In this document: piece by piece, positions 24,720 to 35,441 of the stretch
How positions within the stretch are numbered: the first letter of the stretch is position 1
Layout: each line of letters opens with the position of its first letter
Assembly: GCA_964016885.1 (NCBI GenBank)
Contig: OZ024742.1
Span: forward strand, 6,076,001 to 6,140,000
Reading direction: 5' to 3'
DNA: 64,000 nucleotides
From: Eledone cirrhosa
Taxonomy: Eukaryota
Translations under genes and position numbers: made by a program
The notes under the pieces: generated by a model
What the model was told of the DNA's origin: nothing
The model's input: only the letters and a program-made list of their open reading frames with translations
Database searches by the model: none

Positions 24720-25230
24720 ACCACAGGTTTAATCACAGACCGTTCTTTGAATCTTAGTAAAAGATTGCCGAAAAATTTGAAGCAATTACTAATAAAGGCA
24801 AAGTTTGACCTTAACAACAAAGACCAATCATTCACTGTATCTAAATGCAATGATAGTCGATGCGGCACATGTCAATCCATACACACTAGTCAATATATGA
24901 ACACAAAAACTGGAAAAATATTCCCAAATGCAAATATCAACTGCAAAAGCAAAAATCTAGTTTACTGCATTAAATGCCCGAATTGTGAAGAACTATATGT
25001 CGGTCAAACTGGAAATGCACTATCGGAACGTGCACGGGTGCACCGATAGCAAATCAGAGACCCAAATGTCCGTCAGATACCCCTAAGTAACCATCTAGCA
25101 ACATGTGGCCAGAAAATATTTATAATATTTCCATTCTACAAATTACACAGCCCAAGTGAAATCAAGAGAAAAATTAAAGAAAAGAATGTTATTGATAAAT
25201 TCCAACCCAAGCTAAATGAACAATAATAAT
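24720..25230 (+). mobile_element. PLE GIY-YIG endonuclease fragment (Neptune-like)
   Basis: PKNLKQLL..KCNDSRCGTC..NCKSKNLVYCIKCPNC..YVGQTGNALSER..HR*QIRD..FPFYK..KFQPKLN. Confidence 0.85.
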
Positions 25231-25289
25231 GCTCAGGGGTATTACTCCTACTATGACTACGCCTACGACCATGTCGACTACCACCACTA

Positions 25290-25322
<33 letters not shown>

Positions 25323-25440
25323 AGTATATATATATTAATAAAACTTTGTCTGATTTACTCGTTTTATTTACAATCCTTTAAAATTTATAATGGCATTAGA
25401 ATGAAATAGTATGGTAGAATATTAAATGTTAAGTGTTAAT

Positions 25441-25479
25441 TAAACAAGTACTTTCATGCTTTCGCAATCTTCAGGTTCA
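25441..25479 (-). ncRNA. Minimal type I hammerhead ribozyme
   Basis: Reverse complement reads tgaac-CTGAAGA-t-tgc-gaaa-gca-t-GAAA-gtac-TT-gttta, with an AAGTACTT palindrome. Confidence 0.8.
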
Positions 25480-25811
25480 TATTGTGTGGTGACAGTCAAG
25501 TTTGCAATTTTCAACTGTAATGAGATGGGTAAATTCTGTGCCTTATATACAGGGAAAAGTGGCTACATAATGCTACATAATGCTAAGTTTTGCAAACTGT
25601 ATTTCGACCAATCGGTGTGTAGTTTCCCTAGATTACTAGGTTGAACATGTCTAACGACTTCTATTTGACCCTATCCAAAGCATCAATTGTTTTGCTATTT
25701 TTAGAAATGATGAAAATAGCATTTTCTAGGGTTTTTATAAAAAATCTTCAGTAATCATCACCATCAACATCAATTGTATTATTATTATTGTTGTTGTTGT
25801 TGTTAGTATAT

Positions 25812-26025
<214 letters not shown>

Positions 26026-26029
26026 CAAC

Positions 26030-26250
26030 AGACTGGATTGGCAGTAGAGTCAGTAGAGCGACGGCCAGCATGTTTTGTGGCATAGAGTTACGGACCTTTA
26101 TATTCTCAGTTCAAATCCCGCTAAATTTAGCTTTACCTTTCATCCTTAAGGAGGTCGATAAAGTAGAGTACCAGTAACGCACTGGGGTCGATTTAATCGA
26201 CATCCCCCTCTCTAAATAATTGTTTGATTTATGTCTAAATCAGAAACCAT
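26030..26250 (+). mobile_element. SINE copy, same family
   Basis: TGGCAG..AGTAGAGCG head, AGTTCAAATCC, CTTTCATCC..GTCGATAAAG..GTACCAG core and AATCAGAAACC tail. Confidence 0.8.
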
Positions 26251-26317
26251 ATTGTCATATGTGTGTGTTTGTGAAAAGACACGTGTGCGAGTGTTTTTCC
26301 TGACATATGTGTGAATT

Positions 26318-26355
<38 letters not shown>

Positions 26356-26384
26356 GTTAAAAGAATAGAGGTGCAACACACAAG

Positions 26385-26680
26385 TTATTATATATTGGTA
26401 AACGGAATAGAAAATGCTGACAAATTGTTCACAGTTGAAAAATGGTTTAATTAGGAATAAAAGAGTATTAGTGATTGTATGGGTTAGTATTCAGTTGTGG
26501 TTTTAAGTTTTTAAGTTTTTACCGGTTGCGCATTTCTAAATGCTTTTCAAAAATAATTTTGAGATAGAGTGTCCGTGCTGTTTGCTCTGATCTCAGAGCA
26601 AACAGCACGGATACTCTTTTATTCCTAATTAAACCATTTTTCAACTGTGAACAATTTGTCAGCATTTTCTATTCCGTTTA

Positions 26681-26690
<10 letters not shown>
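26385..26690. repeat. Foldback (inverted repeat) element in (TA)n
   Basis: ~26388-26468 is inverted at ~26611-26690. Perfect palindrome TCCGTGCTGTTTGCTCTGA-tc-TCAGAGCAAACAGCACGGA at 26572-26611. Confidence 0.8.
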
Positions 26691-26717
<27 letters not shown>

Positions 26718-26833
26718 GAGAGAGAGAGAGAGAGGGGGCGGTAGAACACTGCAAGGTAATATCCGTATTGGTAGAGCACTCCGTCCATGGGACGTGATTG
26801 GTAGAAGTAGTAACACGGCAGTTAGTTCACCAT

Positions 26834-26873
26834 ACCGAGAACAATTGTTTCACCTTAGCGATTCTTCAGCTCG
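26834..26873 (-). ncRNA. Minimal hammerhead ribozyme (inverted partner of 26960-26997)
   Basis: Reverse complement reads cgag-CTGAAGA-atc-gctaa-ggt-GAAA-caattg-TT-ctcg. Confidence 0.78.
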
Positions 26874-26959
26874 TACTGGTCATGGTTATATGGAACAGGA
26901 AGAGCAACCGTATCCGGTTGATACAGTTGTTTTCCTGTTCTGTATAACCATGAGCAGTA

Positions 26960-26997
26960 CGAGCTGAAGATCCGCTAAGGTGAAACAATTGTTCTCG
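26960..26997 (+). ncRNA. Minimal hammerhead ribozyme
   Basis: cgag-CTGAAGA-t-cc-gctaa-gg-t-GAAA-caattg-TT-ctcg. Confidence 0.78.
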
Positions 26998-27025
26998 GTA
27001 TGGTGAACTAACTGTTGTGTTACTA

Positions 27026-27063
<38 letters not shown>

Positions 27064-27265
27064 TATGTACACGTACATACATATATATATACAGACGTAC
27101 CGTAGTATGTATATATATATACATACATGCACACATATATATATGTACGTATGGATTCACCGAACATTTATTATAATGCTCGGTGTGTTTGTAAAGAAAC
27201 ATCCCGTATAAAGCTGTAGTGTCTAGCAACCATCGTTGCTCGTTTGTTCAACACTGACAAAGGAA

Positions 27266-27306
27266 CGCTGTACTAGTTTCAAGCTTATTAGCTATCGTCA
27301 GCAACG
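27266..27306 (-). ncRNA. Minimal hammerhead ribozyme
   Basis: Reverse complement reads cgttg-CTGACGA-t-agc-taataa-gct-t-GAAA-ctag-TA-cagcg, with an ACTAGT palindrome. Confidence 0.82.
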
Positions 27307-27638
27307 TATACCTTCCTGCCAGGGAATGTTTACTAACACACCGAGCAATATAATAAATGTTCGGTGAATCCATACGTACATATATATATGTGTACATGTA
27401 TGTATATATATATATACATACTACTGTATGTCTGTATACATATATGTATGTACGTGTACATACTTATATTTAAGTAACAGCCGTATTAAGAGTGGGAAAT
27501 GAAATTTCGTTTCATTTTTTCCGTTTATCGTTTTCGGTGCACCCGGCCGATTAACCCACTCGATATGCAAATTGGGCTACTCAGCCGTTATATGCATAAG
27601 GTAAGTATATACGTTCAACAATCTGGCAGGAAGGTATA

Positions 27639-27679
27639 CGTTGCTGACGATAGCTAATAAGCTTGAAACTAGTACAGAG
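27639..27679 (+). ncRNA. Minimal hammerhead ribozyme
   Basis: cgttg-CTGACGA-tagctaataagctt-GAAA-ctag-TA-cagag. Confidence 0.78.
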
Positions 27680-27939
27680 TTCCTTTGTCAGTGTTGAACA
27701 AACGAGCAACGATGGTTGCTAGATACTACGGCTTAATACGGGATGTTTGTTTACAAACACACCGAGCATTATAATAAATGTTCGGTGAATCCATACGTAC
27801 ATATATATGTGTACATGTATGTATATATATATACATACTACGGTACGTCTGTATACATATATGTATGTACGTGTACATACTTATATTTAAGTAACAGCCG
27901 TACTAAGAGTGGGAAATGAAATTTCGTTTCATTTTTTCC

Positions 27940-27977
<38 letters not shown>

Positions 27978-28169
27978 GCGCTGGAAGCTTTTCTGAATTT
28001 GGGAGCGGGGGGAAAATTTGGTCAATTTAGTTGTAGTGATTAGTTTAGCTGTTTGCACTCTAAAATGGTCAGAAAACTTCGATATGTGATAAACATAACA
28101 TGTACATAAATTGTATCACATATCCAAATAGATGTGTTTTGGTTGTTTGGGGTGAAGCTAACAAAACAC

Positions 28170-28392
28170 ACACTACTACACGGAACTCTCTTCCAATCCC
28201 CCTCTCTATATCTACTACATGAAACTCTCTTCTAATCCCCCTCTCTATATCTACTACACAGAACTCTCTTCTAATAACCCTCTCTATATAAATTATTACC
28301 AAACTCTCCCCCTCTCTATATCTACTACATGAAACTTTCTTCCAATACCCCTCTCTATATCAATTACCACAAAACCCTCACGCTCTCTATAT
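28170..28392. repeat. ~40-bp imperfect minisatellite
   Basis: CTACTACA..GAA.CTCTCTTC.AAT.CCCCTCTCTATAT repeated about 5 times. Confidence 0.75.
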
Positions 28393-28488
28393 CTGTATCT
28401 ATCTCTTTCATGTGTCTCTCTCATACTACGTTGAGTGCTCCAATCTGCATACTGAGGTGTCGGTAAACAACCAACATATACTCAAAAT

Positions 28489-28542
<54 letters not shown>

Positions 28543-28609
28543 GTATGTATCTTCTCTACCAGATACTTTGTTTTAATCTCATTCATTCCCAGCCCCACAC
28601 TCATCGACC

Positions 28610-28838
28610 TGATGTTAGCTGGACATGCTCACCGACATCTGTTGACACTGCACTCAGTGCTCCTGTGGGAGCCTCTGCATGGACACACTGGAAGAGGAAG
28701 ACCGATGTTAACATATGTTGATGGCCTAAGGACAGACGCTGCTCTGTTGGAGACGCAGGACATGGCAGCGATAATGAGGTACAGAGACCGCTAGAAAGAA
28801 CTCATCCATGGATCTCGGGAATTCTACCCGCCCTAAAG
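28610..28838 (+). mobile_element. 3' end fragment of an RTE-like LINE (same family as 5950-6230)
   Basis: LAGHAHRH..LHSVLLWEPLHGHTGRGRPMLTYVD..DMAAIMR, with the same end CCCGCC.TA before (TA)n. Confidence 0.8.
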
Positions 28839-28862
28839 ATATATATATATATATATATATAC

Positions 28863-28915
28863 AAGGGCGGTGCCCCAGCATGGCCTCAGCCGGATGGCTG
28901 AAACAGGTAAAAGAG
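28863..28915 (+). mobile_element. Short SINE/LINE 3' tail remnant
   Basis: AAGGGCGGTGCCCCAGCATGGCC.CAGCC..ATGGCTGAAACA.GTAAAAGA resembles a common octopus SINE tail (from memory). Confidence 0.5.
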
Positions 28916-28989
28916 TAATATGAAAACAGGGAGAAAGAGACGATTATAAGGAAGAAAAAAAAAATTTTCTTTCCTTTTTTGTTTCTCTC

Positions 28990-30665
28990 TCTCCCTTTTC
29001 TGTGTTAGAAAATGGTTAAAACGAAATGTTTTACTTTGTGTGAAGTGTTAAGGTATTAGTTGATTTATTTATTATTTAACAATGGCATTTATTTATCTAT
29101 TTATATATTTAATTATTGTCTATTACCGGTTTCTGCATTTATATGCATTATCAAATGATAGTGAAATGTATTAGTGCGGTGTCGCACATGTTAAACAGAA
29201 GGTGCAGAAAGAATAATGCTATATAAACAAGGTTTAAGAAGTGAAAAGAAAAAAAGAAAAAGGAAAAAAAAACGTGCATAATGTGGAACGTAAAAAGTCA
29301 ATGTGGAAGAAAAGTTAATGTTATTTACAAGCAAAGTCATTGAAGTTAAGCAGTTCAAAATGTGTTAATATCGCAAGAGTGTTTAGTTTAACCATGGTTC
29401 CGTGAAGGAGGCAAATGGTGGACTGTGGTTTGATATAATTTCCCTTTTTAGAGAGTTAATATGCAGGGGGAAGCAATTCTTGCTGGGTGATATTTAATTT
29501 ATTTAAGAAAAAGGATTAGGTAGGGTGTGAGGGAGGTAACTCTTGTAAATATTTGATGGTTTGTTGCAGTTTTAGATAGGTCCGAATTTTAGGGCATTGA
29601 GTACTGGTTGAAATTTATTAATGAAATGTGTTTCCTTATTGGTGCATGGGATGAAATTAGCGTTGTCTATGAATTTGTAAATGGGGAAAATTTTAAAGTT
29701 TGGAAGTTGGTTGAGAGCACAATTGGCGATATGTTCACTAAATGCAATCTTTCTGTATTCCTGTATTTTAATTTGTGATTTATGGACGGTCATACATTGA
29801 CGGAGGCTGTTTTTTGTCTGTCCTATGTAGTGCTCTAGACAACCTGAACAAGTCAAAACATAAATAAGGTTTTCAGATGCACATGTAAAGTTGTGTTTAA
29901 CTGTGAAATGTTGTCCTTGTTTAAAATGGAATGTTGAACCTTCTGTTAAATTTATGCATATGCCACAGTTGGGCCTTCCGCATTTTGTTACTGTAGGGTT
30001 TATTGTGAGGGTTTGTTGGATTTTGGGTTGTGTGAGGATGTTTTTTATAGATTTGGGTTGTCTTTTGCTCTTTATGATGTGTGTTTGGAGGATATTGTTC
30101 ATTCTTGGGTCTCTTTTTAGTAAAGGAATGTTCTGGAGGGTGGTATCGAATGCGTCATTGCTGAGGGGGTTGTGTGTGGAGATGTATGGTAGAGTTTTTG
30201 TTGCGGTTCACTCCTGGGTTTGGGGTGTCTGAGTTCCTGGATGTCTAGTTTTAGGGCACGTTGGAATCCATTGGTGATTAGGGATGGTGGGTAGTTTCTG
30301 CTGATAAGTGTGTTTTTTAATTCTTCTAGTCGTATGTAGCATGTGTATTTATCTGAAATTATTGTGCAGATTCTTCTGGCTAGGTTATAAGGAATTACCA
30401 TTTTGGCGTATCTAGGGTGGCACGAGTTGAATGGAAGGTATTGTTTGGAGTCTGTGGGTTTGTAGTATATGTCTGTTTCTATTTTGTTGCTTGTTTTCTT
30501 GATGAGGATGTCGAGGAAAGGGAGTTGTTCATTGTGAATTGTAAGTTAGTGTTGAGCCCATTCAGAAGGGTTTTGAACTCAAACAGTCTATCTATACTTT
30601 TATGCCAGAGGATGAAGCAGTCGTCCAGATATCTCTTCCAGTTCTTTGCTATGTGCTGGTAGAAG
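28990..30665 (-). mobile_element. 5'-truncated Penelope-like element (RT C-terminus + GIY-YIG, Neptune-like)
   Basis: Minus strand: RYLDDCFI, PFLDI, TDIYYKPTDSKQYLPFNSCHP, IPYNLARRICTI, KCGRPNCGIC, CASENLIYVLTCSGC..YIGQT. Degenerate HHR-like motif TTGATAA-tgcat..atgca-GAAA-ccgg-TA at ~29120-29157. Confidence 0.88.
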
Positions 30666-30768
30666 TGGTTGCCGTATTTGTCTTCCTTTTTTTCTTCCTC
30701 ATAATCATCTCTTTCTCCCTGTTTTCATATATATATATATCCTAACTCGTGTGCCGCCTCTCCACATT

Positions 30769-30827
<59 letters not shown>

Positions 30828-31000
30828 GTAAGGTGCATTATTGGTTGTGTAAAATGGTCCAATAACTTTGTTAGCAATATTAAGTTCTTCACGCTTTTGT
30901 ATATCTCCAATTCCATTCGAGGGAACAGCTAGATGATGTAAAACGGAGTATAAGTATCAAAATGAAAATCCGAAGGCAAGGTAAAATTCCAATCATTTAA

Positions 31001-31074
31001 TCACGACACATGTTTCAATAAGAGATAGATCGATTGTGAAGCCATGATCGATTATCACTGATCTCATCAGGCGA
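31001..31074 (-). ncRNA. Hammerhead ribozyme in a ~330-bp insert between (TA)n tracts
   Basis: Reverse complement reads tcgc-CTGATGA-(gataatcgat/atcgatctatc stem)-GAAA-catgtg-TC-gtga, with an ACATGT palindrome. Confidence 0.65.
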
Positions 31075-31339
31075 AAATGAATTGTCTTCAAATTCTTGAT
31101 ATGAGGGAGAAAAATAACGATGTTCTCTCAGAGAATTCATTCCCTCATAACAGCGTTCGAATACATATATATATATATATATATAGGTAAGTTATTCCGA
31201 GTTGAATCGGAGGTAACCACAGTAAGTAAGGTACTCAATACATAGCAGAGTATAAAAGAGATTCCTGATGATTTTTAAAGAATGAAACAATTCTAGTCCT
31301 GTAGAATCTCATCTATATTATAGTTACGTCCCTATACGG

Positions 31340-31453
31340 ACTGAGTTCAAATCCCACCAAGGTTAACTTTGCCTTTCATCCTTACGGGGTCGATAAAATA
31401 AAGTACCAGTAATACACTGGGATAATTGCTGGCCTTGTGCCAAAAGTAGAAAC

Positions 31454-31460
<7 letters not shown>
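31340..31460 (+). mobile_element. 5'-truncated SINE copy
   Basis: CTGAGTTCAAATCC..CTTTGCCTTTCATCC..GGCCTTGTGCCAAAAGTAGAAACAATTAT. Confidence 0.85.
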
Positions 31461-31490
<30 letters not shown>

Positions 31491-31498
<8 letters not shown>

Positions 31499-32060
31499 GA
31501 GAAGAAAGAAGAATACTGCGTGGTTGCACATAGGTTACATATGATAAAAATAGTCCTTCGTCAGTGATTTTCCAACCATCAATGGTATTTCATCGCATTA
31601 AAAATCAGATACCTCAGGTTGGTGCGAGCAATAACTAAAAAAAGTTATTGGGACCAGTAATTCGCGTAAAGCGGGGTGGGGGGGGGGGGGTAAACAACAT
31701 AGAAGGATAAAAGCAAACCGAAGATAGGAAAATAAACAAGCAACGTGGTTGTCCGGTCAGCATAATCTGAGTGGATTTCATGAGCGAGAGAGGTACAGAC
31801 CGTCCGACGAGAGTGAGATGTAAGCAAGAAGAGACCCACTGTAAGCCAAACGGGAGGAAATGAGAAGGGAGAAACAGAGAGTGAGTGAGTGGAAGTGCGA
31901 GGAAGAGGTCAGTCGAGAGAAAGTGTAACTGACAGAGGGGGCGAAAGAAGGTGAGAGAAACAGAGAATGGGGAAGCAGTAAGAGAGAAACAGACAAACGC
32001 AGCCGAGGTAAATATATATAAAAAGCATGAGAAGAAAGAAGAATACTGCGTGGTTGCACA
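31491..32060 (-). mobile_element. ~530-bp non-coding unit bounded by ~38-bp direct repeats (PLE terminal-repeat-like)
   Basis: CATGAGAAGAAAGAAGAATACTGCGTGGTTGCACA at ~31496 and ~32026. CTGACGAAGG on the minus strand at ~31557-31566. Confidence 0.5.
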
Positions 32061-32355
32061 TGGATATATGTATGTATTCGAACGCTGTTCTCAGCATTGG
32101 TTTATCAGTTCCATAACATTCTGTCTTCTGGAATCTTCCATCCAAACCAAACTTCTGAAGCAATTAGAGTTAACTAAATCTTATTTTTACACCAACACTG
32201 CATGACATGGAAAAATGTGACTAACAACAACGCAATATTAGTATACACACACGTACATACGTGTATGCATAAACGCACATCTATATGTCTCTCTATCTCT
32301 CTGCCTCTCTATCTATCTACCTATGTTTGTATCTATCTCTAACTCTCTCTCTCTT

Positions 32356-32404
<49 letters not shown>

Positions 32405-32488
32405 ATATATATAAATATGTATGTGGATATATATGCACATAGGTATAGTCGCATACATGCATAGGCAAGCATATAAACAAACACACGA

Positions 32489-32541
<53 letters not shown>

Positions 32542-33049
32542 AACTCCATCTAAGTTTGCAGTGGAATGAACCTTGAGGATATACCCCAAATGTTTTTGGA
32601 AAAAACACCATAGGTATCTGATGGTGGAATGTGTGGAGCATGCTTCAATGCCACACTTCCACACTTCACGCTGACTATTCACCATATTTGGTATCGTTGC
32701 TTCTAGCTGTAGAAAATAATGATGAATTGCTAATTGTAACATATATACCGCAGCATGGAAACTATGAAGTTCTCATATACTTCGATAATGAGAACTTGGG
32801 GTCTTCTACACAAGTTTCAGTCAACGTGAAGACTAATTATACATACACATACACACATGCATACTCACCGTACCCTACCGCCCATATATATATATGAACA
32901 GTTTCAGGACCCTGACGGCTGAGCTCCGACCTATTCGACAGCTATATATATATATATAGTAAAAAATTGAACGGGAACAAAACAGAGAGGCAGTACGAAC
33001 AAAGGTTTATTAGTTTCACGCTCATGAGAGTGGGGTGGTGGTGGGGAAC

Positions 33050-34790
33050 GACATGTGATAGGTCTATAGTTGGTAACATCATTACCCTTGATTCGGTCTT
33101 TCATTACCAGAACTGTGGTACCTTTTGTCAACCACTGTGGTACCTCACCTGACATCAAGCAGTCATTGAACATGGTTGTCAGTTTCGGGTGGAGGGATGT
33201 TATAGTTTTAATCCAATACCCCTGCACACCATCTGGGCCTGGTGATTCCCAGTTGGTTAATTTTTTGGCCTGCCCCTTAAGAGTTTCAACTGTGATACTC
33301 AAATCAGTTTGTTGGTGTGCCTGTTCACTAATCTCCTTTTGTACTGTCTCAATCCACACTGCCTGGTCATTATGTTTAACATCCTGCTCCCATATTCCTC
33401 TCCAGAATGTCTTAGTTTGTTCCGCCTCAGGGATCAAGTCGTTGCCTCTTTTTTTCCCTTCAAGCTGTCCAAACAGCATCTTCTGGTTGTTGTCAAACAT
33501 GCGGTTCTGTTTATACTGACTGACTCTGCTCTCGTATCGCTTAATTTTTGCACTCTTTGCTGCAATGCGTTGCTTCAGTTCCTCTATGATAATATTTAGC
33601 TTTTACCTCCTAGTTTTGTACTTTATTTCCAGTCTATTTTTAGCGTCTATGTTTTTTAGTGTCCCATTCAGTAGGGACTCAAGCTTTCCAATATCCTTTC
33701 TCATTTCCCTGATTTGACCATTCAGTCGTTTATTCCATCAAGGTTCTGATTTTTCTTGTTTGTTGTTTCCTCTCGCTTTTATGCCAAGTAATTTCCTCAC
33801 CGCATTTGCTGTTGCTTTGAGGATATTGTTGCACTGGTGAAGGCTCCTCGCCTCAAGGTATGGGATGACTTTGTTTACCTTAGCTGTTGTTTCTTTTAAC
33901 TTTTTCCTGTCTACAAATCTTAGGTTCATAGGTTTCCCACTATCATTGTTCAATCCATCTACCACTAAGTTTAGGATATCAACCAAATCTTGTCCTAGCC
34001 CGTCAGCATTCATCTCCTCAATGGCCGTATCTCTGTTCCAGGTATTATTTATTTCAGCATTCAGATCATTGTCTGCTTCGGATGGTTCCTCCGTTCTCTC
34101 AACCTCTTCACCTTCATTTCCCACTGGCTCGTTTGCCTGGCATGCTCCACCCTCCATTTCCAACCTAATCTCTCTGCTCAGTTCCTCCAGTTCCAGCTCG
34201 CTTATCCACCCATTAGTTCTTATTACCCGAGCCTGCCCGGCCAATTTTTGTTCATCTAATTTAAATAGACCAATCTCGTTCAAGATGTTATGCATCCGTT
34301 TCCTATAGCCTTTCTCCTTGGGGTTACCCTTCAGGTAACATTGCATAACAGTTCTATTCAATTCTTTCGTCCAGTTGGTTCTGATCCCTTTCCTTCTTCT
34401 TCTTCTTCTTCTTCTTCTTCTTCTTCTTCTTCTTCTTCTTCTGACACCAGCAGTATTTGGTTGACAGCCAGGTCCCTGCTGCTGAGCCAGGGAGCACCTG
34501 CTGGGTGAGAGTCTGTCACATGACATTCCAGTCTCCACTTCACCGTTATTCGAACAGTTTAGGTTCGACATTTAAACACTCTTATCGAGGATTGGTGAAT
34601 GTATGGTTACATAACCACCGGTGATTTTAGTGTGGTACTATCACGCTGTAGACGAACATAAATAAACAAACAAACAAACAAACAGGTAAAAAAAAAAACC
34701 CCAAAAAGAATAAGCATAAGTTTCATTGTAATGTAATGTTTGAATGTCTGACTTAGTTTTTTCCTTTTTCCTTCTCTGTCTGTCTGTTTG
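33050..34790 (-). mobile_element. Diverged R4/Dong-like LINE, 5' half only
   Basis: NWTKELNRTVMQCY (cf. KWSREDNKEVLEAFY), FWRGIW, NWESPGPDGVQGYWIK, PQWLTKGTTVLVMK, NYRPITC, then homology ends. In-frame TGA at 33738. Confidence 0.85.
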
Positions 34791-34820
34791 TTTTTATTAT
34801 TATTATTATTATTATTATTG

Positions 34821-35409
34821 AATGCCATGGTTGACGAAGGCTCGGCTCTGTAAGGTATTGTAAATTTTGACCGCTATAACAATTGTAAATTGTTTAAAAC
34901 TTTAACCAAACTGTAGACAAAATACTCTCCTCCTCGTGAGAGGGGTCTTTCTGCCCGTTATTTGGCCCTTCGTGGTTAAATAACCGCTTATTGGGGTTTT
35001 GTGCCCAATATTTATTTTAAACCAAAAAAAAAACATGGCTACGAAAAAGAATTTTCACAAGTCACTCCCACTCATTCTGTCTTCTTCTTCCTCAATCGTC
35101 ACTACAGCAGAGAGAAGATTGTCTCTCTCCCTCCCTTCTCTAAATGTGTCTCTCTCCCTCCCTAAAGAAAAATAGTTTCCAAAATCACGTGCAAAACATG
35201 GAACATTTCTCCACGACGATGACAACGACGAAAAAGGTGTGCGGTAAATACGAAAACCCATTTCATTCGTCTGACGTCATGAATAATAGCAGTAGCAGCC
35301 GTAATAACAGCAGCAGCAGCAGCAACAGTGACAAGGAAAACAACAGTAGCAGCCGCAACAGCATCAGCAGCAGCATAAACAACAACAGCATTAGCAGCAA
35401 CAGTAACAA

Positions 35410-35441
<32 letters not shown>

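Larger units (their letters stand above)
27060..27944. mobile_element. ~421-bp HHR-bearing repeat: ~1.4 plus-strand units preceded by an inverted partial unit
   Basis: CACCGAGCA..TAATAAATGTTCGGTGAATCC at 27339 and 27760. 27060-27325 is the reverse complement of part of the unit. Flanked by (TA)n. Confidence 0.82.

Noticed and set aside
31510-31570. Hammerhead at minus-strand CTGACGAAGG
   Set aside because: No correctly placed GAAA box follows stem II.
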